A DNA stretch of 64,000 nt from Azolla caroliniana. Its lineage: Eukaryota; Plantae; Polypodiophyta. The stretch covers positions 12,338,001 to 12,402,000 of the forward strand of contig JBHGNT010000001.1 of assembly GCA_043228905.1 (NCBI GenBank), in the 5' to 3' direction. The position numbers and the translations under genes were made by a program. Below, one piece after another: positions 1 to 12,700 of this stretch. Position 1 is the first letter of the stretch. Every line of letters begins with the position of its first letter. Under the pieces are notes generated by a model, which worked only from the letters and a program-made list of their open reading frames with translations, searched no databases and was not told where the DNA came from.

Positions 1-3000
1 TCTGGTTGGCCTCTTCCTTCGTCCACGCCGCGTCCGGTGTCATTGTCTTCAAGAACCCGCCGATCTAGAGCCACTCCCCGTTGTACTTGCTCTCGTCGAA
101 TTCGTTAAGCGCTGGAGTGCTCCCCTTTCTTGTTGTTATGTTAGCTAACCCGAAGAAGTCCTCGCCAACCGCTTCGTTATCCGAAACCATGTCGTCCTCA
201 TCGCTGAACCTCGCCCTTGAAAGCATATCGTCCATGGCGTTATCCTTTCCAGAGATGTGTCGTATCTCCGGGTTTAGGGACTTGATGTACGCGATCCACC
301 TGAGCATCGCCAGGTCCGGAGTCGCGCATCTAGAAACCATACCCAGAATCGGTAGGCAGTTCGTCTCGATGATCACTTCCGTCCCGATCAGATAGTCCTT
401 GTCGGCCTTAACTACTGAAACGATACCCCATAGCTCACGCTTGATTTGGGCGTATCCTCGTTGCCGCTCGCTCAATACCTTTGCCCCGAGCCGGATCGGG
501 AACCGTACGCCGTCTTCGTCTTCCTGATTGATCACCCAGCCAATCCCGGTCGGGCTCGTCTCCACCGTTACGTAAATGGGGACTTCCTTACCGTAAACCG
601 CTTTCCGGAGAGCCGGTGCCGCAGCAAGCGCCTCCTTCAGCCTCCGGACCGACTCCGTGTGCTCCGCCCTCCACTCGAACCTACGGCCTTTCTTCAATAG
701 CCCGTAGAGCGGTTCCGCGACATGTGCGTAGTGCAGGATCCAGATGTGGTAGAACGCGCACACACCCAAGAATCTACGGACCTCCGTAACCGACCCGCAA
801 TCGTCCTTCATCACGGAGATGGCTTCTACCTTTGTCAGGGACGGTTTCCAGCCATAGGGCCCGCACAAGTGTCCGACTACTAGGATCTCCAGCTGTCTGA
901 ATGCTGATTTTTCTCCGGAGAGGGTGAGTCGCGCGATCCGGAATCTTTGTAGCACTTTCTCGCAGTCATGGATGTGATCCGTCACGAACCTCTGGCAACC
1001 GTTGGGCCCGACCGACTCGTCCTTTTCCTCCACCGGACATCCTTTGATTGGGATGTCATCCAAAAACGGCATGGTGATGTCCGGGATGCAGTCCCTCAAC
1101 ACCTTGTTCATCGCATTCACCATGTGTGCCACCGAGTTCGTTCCTCCTTGCAGCAGGGTACACATCCGAACTAGGCCGAGAGGAGTCCGCATCGTCGTGA
1201 CATCCTTGCTCTCTACGGCTAGCTGGAACTGATCATAGCCTGAGTATAGGTCCCCAACCGAGTACATCGACCTCCCTGCGAAAGCCTCCGCAAACTCATC
1301 GATGGTCGGTCCGATACCTGCGTTTCGAATGGTCACCTTGTTGACCGGCTGTAGGTCCTGTATGAAGCGCAGTGTGCCGTTCTTCTTCGGCACGATAAAC
1401 CACCGATTCGAATATGGGGCATTCGACGGCTCGAGGATGCCCATCTCCACCTTCTATTTCAGCACCTCCATTAGCTTTGGGATGTGAGCTCTGGGTACCG
1501 GAATCGGTTTGAGACTCCACGACACATGCGGTACCATGAAGATCACCATTGGTTCCACAACCTTCAGGTCCACACACCCGATCTCCTCCGACGAGAATGC
1601 GAAAGCCTTCCCATGCCTCCCGAGCATTCTCCAAAACTGGTCTTCTTCCGCCGACAATAGAAAACCACCCCCACCGATCTTGAGCTCCCGTAGCGTTATG
1701 TCGGTGAACGTGTGTCCCATGCTGGCCGGATCTCGTAAACTTGGGTTTGACGCGACGCCCTTTATTCGTAACTCGCTGCCCTCTGGCAAGGGTGCCGCGA
1801 CTAGCCTCACCTTCCGGTCCACAGTTTTGTACTTCGTACCCACTAGGGCCATCCGATCCGACTCGAGTCCACTACCGAAGTCGGCGATGACTTCGTGGCC
1901 GGATCTCGTAAACTTGGGTTTGACGCGACGCCCTTTATCCGTAACTCGCTGCCCTCTGGCAAGGGTGCTGCGACTAGCCTCACCTTCCGGTCCACAGTTT
2001 TGTACTTCGTACCCACTCGGGCCGTCCGATCCGACTCAAGTCCACTACCGAAGTCGGCGATGACTTCGTACATCTTTTCCGAACATACCGGAATCGTCCG
2101 GTCTTCATTAAGGCCTTCTCTGAACACCTCCTGTAACTTCCCCAAGGTGTCGTCAAAAGAGACCGCCTCCACGGCTCCGTTGATTTCCTCTTCAGGGCCG
2201 AGGACTCCCCATGCCCGAAGTCGCTCCTCCGCCCGCTTCTTTTCCCAGCCAACTACGTCGGCTATTGTACAACCTCCGCTATCGGAGAACCAAAATTTTC
2301 TACCTATGGTACAGGTTTTTTCGCCTATAGTACATCTGTGGGGTTTTTCCGGGGTCTCCGAACTATCGCGGCCCCACGCCTTGATAGCCCTCTCTAAAAA
2401 TCCCCTCGGTTTTCAACATCGAGGGTCTCGCGGTTACGCTCATGGTTTGGTCGCACCGTTAGGAACTGGACCGAGTGGCACCCATCCTAGCTCTTGACTC
2501 GTGCATATGCCGAACCGTTGTCCAGCACCTTTGTCTCCATGCGTGCCGCCGTGATGTACGGTTCTCCGAGTATCACCGGATGTGAGGATGTCTCCTGCAC
2601 GAAGAAGTGTTGGTCGATCTCGACATCGCCGATTTTTACTCGTACATTCGGGCAGGCTCCGTGCAACTCCTCCGTGGCGCGCATTGCTGCCCGTATCTTC
2701 CACCCGTGCTTGGTGTTGAGCGGCCACTTTCCCTTCCTGTAGAAGTCCATGGACATCAAGTTGATCTCCGAACCGTGGTCTACCAACGCCACCACCAGCC
2801 TATGGACGTCCCCGATCCGAACAGGGGTTTCCGTAGTGGCCCTAGCCCAACATAGCCTCGAGTAGTGGTTTTTCGCCAATTCGTCCTCCAGGGCCATGTC
2901 TTCTAGGTGCGTCGTTTGCACCTCCACAGGCTTCTCTGGCTCTGGCTCCGTTGAAAGCCGTTTCCGCTTCACCAAGTCTACGATGGAGTCGTGGAACTCC

Positions 3001-4548
3001 TTCTTGGCGATACCGAGCACTTCCCTCAAAGACAGCTCCACTTTGTTGTTGAGGATCCGTTCCTCCAGGACCTTTCGTAGGTCCGTGGTCCTTGCGATCT
3101 CCGTGCTCAACCGATAACCGGCCTTTTTTTGCCTTGTCCGGTGCGCCGGATGCACCGACATCACTCTGCTTCGGCCCGAACCGGGTCTCATACCGTTGTG
3201 AGGGTCCGCCCCCCCCCCCCCGTCTTTCCCGCTCTCTTGTCTTCCACCAAAACCTCGTAGTTCTGGCACGCGGCTTCCACGAAGCCCGTCTTCTCCTCGA
3301 CCAGGTCACTCCATCCGGTGACCTCCCGGACCCGTCTTTCCGCGCGGTTCGCTTCCTCTTTCTTCAGCCTTACGCCGGCGAGGTCTTCCAACATCACCAG
3401 CCAGAATCCGGCTTCTTTCGTCTTCTGGTCTTCATCGCTTCTGACCCAGATTCCAGCCGATGCTGAGTAGTGGACGGTCTCCATGTTACGAGCCTCCGCT
3501 TCTTCCATCAGTCGTTTCATACCCCCTCGTTCGACATTCAGATCCAGGGCCCTCCGGGTCTCGCTAGCGTGGACCCGACCGTTCCATAGGTACACCACAT
3601 TAGCTCTTATCGCTTCGGCGAAGTCCCCGCAGTCCTTTCGGGCGTGGCCGACCACGTCGCACCACAAGCACCGGCTCCCAGCCGGAGGCCTTTGGTCACG
3701 GATTTGTTCGCCGCCGTCCCTCCATGCTTGCGCGATCTGGAGGTCCCTCACCATCTGAGTCAGCTCCTCCAAAGTTGCTCCTCCAGATGAGCTTTTGACC
3801 ATGCCGGTCGAAGTCAAGCCGGTCTCGAGCCAGTCTCGGGTCTCTTCCCTTCGCGCCGGTGGGGGTACCTCGACCTTCCTTGTTGCAACACAACCCGCCC
3901 CCGTCAAGCCTTTATCGACCCACTCACGCCGTTTGTCAAAATGGCCACAGACTCTCTTTACCACGGCCCAGTCGGTTGTTAGGCCGTCATCGGTCTCCAG
4001 TAGGAAGCCCACTTGCTCCCGGTCCCTTGCGTCCACCGATTTAATAAACAATAGGGACACGACTCATGTCCAGCACAGTCCGGTCCAACGCAGAAAGTGG
4101 TGCGAAGCGTTTTTCAAACTCCCGAAGGAGCGTTGACACGTTCCTCCCCTTTTCGGGGGTCTCCACCCATTCCATGAAGTCCCGCTTTGACAGTCGAAGC
4201 GCGTCATCAAGCTCGTATTTTTCAAGGAGCTGACCTTCAAACTCTTCCCAGGTCCGACTCTCAGCCCGTACCTCAAGCACCTCCGCGTGGATGCCCGGCA
4301 TCGCCACCCGAGGGAATCCGGCTAGTCGCCTGTCCTCTGGGATGTCCCTCATCACCATTTTGGCTCGGTAGCCCTCCAAATAGCTCGTGGCGTCCTTCCC
4401 ACCGAACCGGCCTATCGTGCCAACGACCACTTCAATAGCCCTATCGAGGGCGCCTGTGCCTTCGCGCACGCTCACTATCCGATCCACAGCCGAAGCCATG
4501 GCTTCTGCAAGATCCGACCCTCTCATCTTTCTATTCCTCTGCCGCCTG

Positions 4549-4566
4549 TTCACGTCGGGTTCACCA
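4549..4566 (-). promoter_or_regulatory. Primer-binding site complementary to tRNA-Trp 3' end (G1)
   Basis: Plus strand TTCACGTCGGGTTCACCA matches the 3' end of plant cytosolic tRNA-Trp. It lies 4 nt from the LTR end, and an identical site occurs at 53796-53813. Confidence 0.85.
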
Positions 4567-4570
4567 AATA

Positions 4571-5256
4571 TGTCGAGTTGTTACGCGCGTGTGTGGAGAA
4601 CGAGGCAGGACCACCGGGGCCTCGGACCAAGAAATACCCGAATGAAGGGAGGGGAAGGAATCTTACGATGTAATTCACACGCGCACAGACCCACAGAATC
4701 ACAGGAATTGTAATTAGCTACAGAACGCCAGATGGAGACAGAACGAATGTTTATGTATATATATATAAATCAAGACGTTACAACTGGCAAGCCGGCGAGT
4801 GATGGGCTCCGACGCCTACGCACACACACACACACACACAGAACGCGAGATGGAGGCTCTTCCGGGAGCACTCAAGCGTCCCGCGGAATAGAGTCAGCCT
4901 CCCGGAACCTACACAGAACGATTATAGAGAGGACAGAGGAGAGGAGAAGTGCTTGGTTCCAGTCCGGCAGCACTTCGTCCTCCAAAAAAAAAACACCCCA
5001 TTTCCCTCACTTCTCCCTCTCTTTTATAACCCAAGGAGGGAGACCGTTACCACTTGTTACAACATGTTTATTCCATGTCCTTTCGGACAAGGATACACCT
5101 TGATTTCCTCCCTACCGAACGTGTACTACCTAGGATTTCGCCTCAGGCTACTTGTACCTACCTACGTACTACACAACAAAACTTGTGCCCACGTGTAAGG
5201 GCCGGTTTATGCACGTTATACTCGGTTTCCGCCTAGGGACAATTTTCTCCACAACA
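4571..5256 (-). repeat. 5' LTR of Gypsy G1
   Basis: TG..CA termini next to the PBS; homologous to the interrupted LTR at 53818-57622. Confidence 0.85.
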
Positions 5257-6334
5257 ACGCCACGAGATATCCATTTGGATTGTGCTAAGAGAGTGCTACG
5301 ATACGTGAGCGGAACGATGGACTATGGCATTCTCTATAAGTCGGCCACACCAATTCAACTCGAGGGGTATACAGATGCCAACTGGGCAAGCTACAAAGCC
5401 GACCGACAATCAACCTCTGGTTTTGTCTTCTCCCTCGAAAGTGGAGCCATCTCCTGAAGTAGCAAGAAGCAACCAATTGTCGCTCTTTCAAGCACAAAGG
5501 CCGAATACGGGGGCGCGGCGATGGCTGCATGTGAAGCCGTATGGCTCAAGAGGATATTAAAGGATCTAGGCGTTCCCATCAAAGATCCGATTCTCCTTTA
5601 CTACGACAACATAAGCAGTATTTATCTGGCTCGGAACCTGGTGTTCCACGCACGCACGAAGCATATCTAAGTGCACTATCACTTCATTCGAGAGCGTGTT
5701 CAGGCTGGCAATGTCGACCTTCAACATAGGTCTACGAATCTTCAGACAACCGACATCTTCACCAAAGCCCTAGGAGCCGACAAGCTTCGGCAATTCTTGT
5801 CATACCTTGGGTTGACGGTCCTTGACTTGCCAAGTTTGAGGGGGAGTACAAGCGAAAACTGGATACCGTCCGAACCGGATACGAGCCGAGGCGGACATCA
5901 ACCGAAGTAGCCGACCAAAATTGAGCTTGAGGGGCCATGTTGAGAATCAAGCTCAACCTAGTCTAGTGTGTGAACACACCCTTGAGAATGTGCACTCAAA
6001 GGTCAAAAGTCACCACTCTTATCTACACATTAACTATGTGTCATAGAATCATATTCTATGACACATAACTAATGAGTTTTCACATTCCCCATGACCCATG
6101 AGCTTCGGTAGTTAATGAAGAGAGAGAGTAACTATATAAAGCACTCTCCTCCTACTTTGTAATGGTGTTGATTAATCTCCTTTGTAATATACATCTTCTT
6201 GAGTATTCTATTGTCTCTCAAAAATCTATCTTTTGTTTCTCTCCTCTAACTCTCTCTCTCTCTCTCTCACACACACACATAACGCACATCTCTCACCTAT
6301 TCCGCTACACAAGAATCATACCCGATTCTTCACA
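5257..6334 (+). mobile_element. 3' part of a Ty1/Copia element: RT end, RNaseH, PPT and 3' LTR (5938-6334)
   Basis: LEGYTDANWA..STSGFVF, KKQPIVALSSTKAEY, HYHFIRE..DIFTKAL with stops. PPT TTGAGGGGCCA precedes TGTTGAGAATCAAGCTCAAC. The LTR is homologous to the solo LTR at 21158-21625. Confidence 0.9.
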
Positions 6335-6968
6335 ACTTTGTTAAGAGAAACGAAATCATTGAAGTCAAGGCTACCATTCGCATCAATGCTTTGGCAACAA
6401 TATGAATTATACCTTCTTCAATAAAATTACCAAGGCCCAAGTTCTTCATCCTTGCACACAAATCATTCATAATGACTTTCCCATTATGATTTGAATCAAT
6501 GGTATCAAACACTCTATGAAGATTGAGCATTTGGGGGCTTAGATCATCGATGCTCAAGGAAACTCCATTATTAGTGTCACGGGAACCAATGTTAGAGCTG
6601 GATTGGTGGCAATTGGTTACTTGAGTGAGAGGCAAGGTTGTTTGACCTTGTAAGGTTTCTAGATGATCACTATGGAAAGGAGCAAGGCTAGAGATGGATC
6701 CATTACAATTGATTATTGCAAGAGGAAATATTGATTGACCTTGTAAGGTTTCTTCCTCACAATCACATAAAGGTGATTTTCTTGGCTTCTCTTGTGAGAT
6801 TTCTTGATGATCATCATGGAAGGGTGTTTTGCTTGGTTTTGGACTTACCACATATTGGTAGTACCATAGGTTATCAATGAAAGAGTCAAGTCTTTGTCAT
6901 CATTATCACCATAGGTTATCGATCAAAAACTCCATTGATGACCTCTCCATCATCATCGTCATCAAACA
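6335..6968 (-). pseudogene. EF-hand calcium-binding (calmodulin-like) pseudogene, truncated by the Copia 3' LTR
   Basis: LHRVFDTIDSNHNGKVIMNDL is EF-hand 1. After a frameshift, QSIDANGSLDFNDFVSLNK is EF-hand 2 and ends at the LTR boundary. The 5' limit is uncertain. Confidence 0.6.
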
Positions 6969-9305
6969 TAGACAGCTTCAACGTTTCTTTCTTTGTGAAA
7001 GAGACACAAGAAACACTTCCTTATATAGTATTACAATTTCTACCTATAACATGCAAAATTTAAACCATGGCACATTATATACACTATTTCTTGGGATTTA
7101 TTTTTCGTAGAATCAATCAATCAATTAGCTAATGACACAATTCAAAATCTTGATCCTACTCAATACATTTCCCTTAATGTGTCTTGTATGTTCTCCATCT
7201 TACCCAAGGAGTTTACAAAAGTGTTTTCCTAGGAGTTTTACTCACATGTTTTGCAATGTCCACTCCAAGATTTTGCCTTTGTCCACACTCAACCATTGTT
7301 GGCCATGTAGATAAGAACTTCCAATGGTTGAGTGAGTGATTAATGCCTTTTGAGCCACATCAATGTGAACTTTTGTTCGGGCATTTTGTTTGAGCAAAGG
7401 TAAGATTAACACAAGGTTTGGAAATGTGGGATATAATGGCAAGTGGAAAATGGTCAATAGGTGTGGACCAAAAGAAAACAAATTATGTATGGTTTAAATT
7501 CTACCATTGGTCCACAACCATGCTCGTTTTTTATCCCAATAATCTACATCCATATAAGCAATGGACTCCTTTTCATACCAATATTTAGAGGACCATAGAT
7601 GTTCTAAATTCTGATAGCTCAGAATTGTGAGACATTTTAAAGTAAACCCCTCAACAATTTGAATGTAAGCAATAAATCATTTCAATAATCTACATCATCA
7701 TCCTTCAGTTATATGTTATCATTATTCAAGTTAAGGGATAACGTGATTGGGCACACAATACAATTAGGCTTGATCATACCACTCATTATCTAAGATCCAT
7801 GCAAACAATACCTTCTATTCTCTCCCCCAACAATCGTTGTGGTCTAATTACTTAACTACAAAGAGGTCATTCCTAAACATTATCTTGAATTGGTAAACCT
7901 TCCCTTAACCTCACTACACCAAACCAAAGGGAGGTAGGGATGTTGAGGTCATGGTGAATGTTATTGGCAGATTCAAAATTTGTGGATAAACTATTTCATT
8001 AAATGGGTATGCTAGTTGTGGCCTTTCCTTCAACCTCGGTAAATGCTCCACTAAACAACAAATGGCAGGACATTGGATGTGAGTTATTGTACCCTTCTCA
8101 TCATATCAATGTAACTTCAAGACAATAGCCAACACAAGGTTCATCCACCACTTCACGACTTTTGGATTAACTACTCCATCAAACATGCAACACTCAATTA
8201 TTGCATTAGAAACGTCAAAATTCGATTTTCGGTGACTTCTTGCTTCTAGTGAAGGATGCAAAATTCGAAAATATTGGATAGAAATTCCGTGGATACCATT
8301 TGTTTAAAAATATTGTAGAGTTTCAAAATTAGATGTTTACACAATTGATTGGACAAGATAACTCAAACACAGTTTATTTTATACATTTAGGATCCTACCC
8401 AAATTCCAATCCCCTGGTTAAAAAGTACTAATGAGGATGATCTCATCTTATGAAAATATCAATTGGAAATTGTAACATGACTTGAATCCATAATCTTAAG
8501 GTTGCAAAAAGTATGTGTTGTCTCAGATAGTGGCTTCTTATACTTGCTGAATGTCTACACATATCCAGATTCTACCATTTTTTTTGACATGTTCATAAAG
8601 ATAAGGATGCCAATAAGACAATGTCATGAATCCATACATGATAAGTTTTTGTTTGTTGCTTTATTTGCCTTTTTGTATGGAGTATAAAATGTTAGGCTTT
8701 CAAATTGTGCTTTAAAGTGCGGCGTCTTCGCTTAAATATTAGCACAAAATCCCACCCAATCGGTGCTACTACATCGCGCTTTTAGCATCTTATTTCAAAA
8801 CACAAAATTTAAACATTCCCACCGATTTAACCTGTTTAAAGGATGTAGGAATCAAACTCTTGTTGACTCATCATCAGACGACCATATCAAAGGAGCTGGA
8901 TCTCTCAAGAGCGAGTTAGTTGGACAAACTTCTACACACGGGGTCCTTGATGAAGGGACCCTAGGTTTTTGTGTAATTCGGACTTGGAACTTTCGGAAAA
9001 GCAATCAATCTTTGCGTCGTAAACTCTCGAGAGATCTTCGAGAAATTCCCCATCTTTTGCAAGAATCTTTAAGTCCACATTTTTTTTTAAAACTAGTGGG
9101 CAAAAATGTTGGTTTTGTGCCAAAAGAAGAAGCAGCAGCAGCAAAGAGGGACACCCTCACAAAAGTCTGGAGAAGCAAAAGCAGTAGCAGAAGCAGAAGC
9201 AGAAGCAGAAGCAAAAGCAAAAGCAAAGGCAAAAGGCAAAGGCAAAAGAATAAGTTTGAAGGAGGTAGAGGTGGAAGAAGAAGAATAAGTTTTAATAGGA
9301 ATACA

Positions 9306-9689
9306 ATGCTGAACAGAGATGCTCACGTCAATTTCATGCTAATGATGCTTCATGGCTTACCTTCCTCTGCTCAGATCCATGATCCAAACCGTCTCACCAT
9401 GGCTTACTTCACAATCTCTGGCCTTGACCTTCTCAATGGTCTCCAACAGGTAAGCTTAATTTATTTTACCATCGTTTTTTCACCATCTCTGGCCTTGTTC
9501 TTCTCAATGCTTTCTTTTTTAATTTCCTGAAATAGGTCCTATATAGGAAAAACATAAGAAATACCCCTAATTATGTTGGCCATTTACCAGAATACTACTA
9601 TGGAGGGTTGTTCTTGTAACTGCCCATAACTGTTATGTGTATTTTGATACAATCATATATATATATATATATATATGTCTATATATCTA

Positions 9690-9722
<33 letters not shown>

Positions 9723-12700
9723 ATTAAAAGCCTCTTCGATTTTGTTTAAAATAAACAATATATTATAATGATTTACTTGTCTTTTATTTCACCTTATAAC
9801 TTAATGCTTGCAGCTGGATGTGAGTTCAATGCTTGATTGGGTCTACTCTGCCCAAGTGCTTCTTCCTTCACTAACACATGAAAGTTCCAATGGTATGATT
9901 ACACTTTTGTTATTAATTATTTTCTGTTTTTTGCTCTTTTCTAAGGTCAAATTGTTTTAATATTTTGAACTTTCATATGTTTCATTTAGTATTTGATATT
10001 TTTCACATAGTTAAACTAGTGTTTGATATTTTACTTAATTAGATCAATTTTGGGTCTGTCACATAGCTCTATTAATATTTGGTCTTTCACATTGTCCATT
10101 TAGAAATTGATCTTTCACATAGTTCAATAAGAGATTGATCTTTCACATAGTCCAATTAGAGATTGATCCTCCACATAGCTCAATTAAAAATTGGTCATTC
10201 ACATAGTTATATTTGTATTTGATCTTTCACATACTTCAAATATTATTTGATCTTTGACAGAACTATATTGGTATTTGATGTTTTTGCACAGGAGGATGCT
10301 TTATGGGCTTCAGAGGATCCCCATCAATAGGCACACACTTCAACCCCACTGGTGTATGGCAATACTTTTCAATTTTACATATAAAAACTAGAAAAGCTCA
10401 ATAATATGCTTATGATTATCAGATATTTAAAATGTTTGGATGTTCTTTCTCAAACTTATGCTATATCCATGGCCAAAAAGAGTTTTGATACCTTATTAGA
10501 GATTTCTAATCATCCTTTAGTTTGTTTTGATATGTTATGTTTCTTCTCTTTCAATTTGTCTTCTAATATTCAGTTTCATCCCGGTAGGAATATGTAGTAT
10601 AGTTGGTAAGGCTGTCTGGCAGAGATCAAAAAGTCATGTGATCAACCATTGCCTTGCAATACCATCTAGAAATTAAGTGGAGCTATTACAGAAAAAAGAA
10701 AAAAGAGAGATTTATATTACCACCTAGAAAATTGGTGCAGTGAAATATTAAATTAGTGCAGCTATATAACAGAAAAAAGAAAAAAAAGAGAATTATACTA
10801 ACATGTAATAGAAAAGTCGTGATTCTTGAATATCTGAGAAGGCATGGATTTTTTATGTATTTCCCAATAAAGAAAGTAGCATTTTTAGTGATATTTCCTT
10901 CTTACTAGATGTAACATGGCTCAGGCTCCTCTCTTGCTACATGATGGAGGTCACTTGCCTAGCACCTACTCGGCATTGTCAATACTCAAAATACTCGGCG
11001 ATGATTTCTCTCGTCTCCAAAAGGATGCTTTATTGAGCTCCATGAAAATGCTGCAACAAGCTGATGGGAGGTTGCTATTTCAAAATTTTCCAACTGTGAT
11101 TGAAATGTTTATATCAAGATGATTGATTCAAGAGAGATCCAGATTAGACTGATTTGTACATATGTATCTCATCGATTTCTAATTGTTACGTTTTCAGTTT
11201 TACGTCAGTGCACACAGGAGCAGAGGCGGATTTGCGTTTTGTCTATTGTGCTGGTATCCCTCTCTCCTTCTTTTGTATGTTACACAATGTACTCAGCCAT
11301 GTTTGTGCATCTTTTTTTTATCTTATTGGGGATGATAGTTGGTATGATGAGAAATAATATGATACAAGGAGATGCTTGCAACAAGAAGTGACTCAGGGGA
11401 TTTGTACACAAACAAGCAAGAACAACCTTTTCAATGCTTTGTGAGAAAAAAAGAGATCATGTTTGGCTAAATTTGCAGCAGATGTGTACAAGTTGCTCCC
11501 ACAACAAGCAATCAAAGAGCATGTAAAATATTTAATGAGAGGCAACCTAGCACACAATTAACCATCTCAGGCTTGAGATGATATGCAAAGATATCTATGT
11601 GGGTGTGTTGCCAATTGTGATTGTTTGGATAATTGGTTAATAGAGATGTCTCCTTTATGTAATTCACCTTTTTTACTTAACAAAAGGTGAGAACTACTGT
11701 TGATAGGTTACAATTTGGAAAGCCCCAAGATCATGATGGATTGGTAGATGAACACTTTATCCATGCCCATGACATGTTGGTCCCACTTCTTGCACACATC
11801 TTTAATAGAGCTACGTCTGAAGGTTTTGCTACTAGCTTGATAAAACATACCATTGTAGCAATCTTTGACTTTGGTGATCCCATGATACCTTGTGACTACA
11901 GGACAATCATGATTGGCCATTACTTGACCAGACTATATGGTTCAATTCTCTAGTCAGAATTGAATGTATAGGCAGAGAGAAATGTCTGCAGTTCAGCTGG
12001 GCAGGTAGGTTTTTCAAAGGGATTAATGTTTTGTAGATTTCCAGATAGCCTTCATCATTGTACTGCTCACTCGATTTATACAGTGACTAGAAGCCCTTGG
12101 AATCTTGGTAAATATGCAATGGGAAATCAATGCACTATATGAATCACTGTCAAGAAATGGGCGTTCTCTTTAATGGGTTGTTGGAGATTGTGGCTAACAT
12201 GATTGGAATAAAACAAGGATGCTCACTATCACCCACTCTCTTTGTTGTCTATATAGATGAGGTATCTAATTAAATAGAGAGCTGGGGTGGTTTCGGCGCA
12301 TGCTTGGTGGGGATGGCCATCCTGATATTAATGCTGATGACATTGTCTTGATCTCCAACTCTCTAGAGGGGCTACGGAGAAATTTAGATTCTTTAAATTC
12401 ATGTTCGATAGACAAATATTTTTTGGTGAACCTTGATAAAACTAATCTGTGGTCTTTAACAACACTATAGCATGGGTATATGATTAGAATTGGAATTCTT
12501 CTTGGGAGAGAAAAAGTGACATACACATGATCCTACAAATACCTAGGAGTAACATTCACAAAGCCTTAGATCTCCCTGTTGGATTTGCATGTGCTTGACC
12601 TTTTTTTAAATATGCTACCCTTGAAAGACAACTTCAACTATACAACTCTAAGAACCACAAACAAAACTGTGGCGGACTGATAAACTTGTAACACCAACAC

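Larger units (their letters stand above)
1..5256 (-). mobile_element. Ty3/Gypsy LTR retrotransposon copy G1 (5' LTR, tRNA-Trp PBS, gag-protease, RT-RNaseH); degenerate, runs off the left edge, inserted in a Copia RT
   Basis: ORFs 4553-3188 (gag, CLWCDVVGHARKDC knuckle), 3269-2487 (protease ALVDHGSEINLM) and 1852-65 (RT DLYSGYDQF..PFLDDI, RNaseH). The LTR is 4571-5256 (TG..CA). Copia RT codons (TPRDIHL) resume at 5257. A 173-bp tandem duplication (1723-1895/1896-2068) and stop codons disrupt pol. Confidence 0.93.

Noticed and set aside
1723-2068. 173-bp tandem duplication in G1 pol as a functional feature
   Set aside because: It shifts the frame and is absent from G2, so it is a copy-specific lesion.
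8763-9305. Long SR/K-rich N-terminal extension of the 255-aa ORF
   Set aside because: It starts at GTG, has no in-frame ATG before 9306, and the SR run is another frame of a hexamer repeat.
10585-10660. tRNA/SINE-like sequence in GGB intron 3
   Set aside because: An A-box is present but the B-box is too degenerate, and there is no tail or TSD.
10909-10924. Upstream TAG acceptor for GGB exon 4
   Set aside because: Wrong phase for the exon 3 donor; the CAG ending at 10924 keeps frame and homology.
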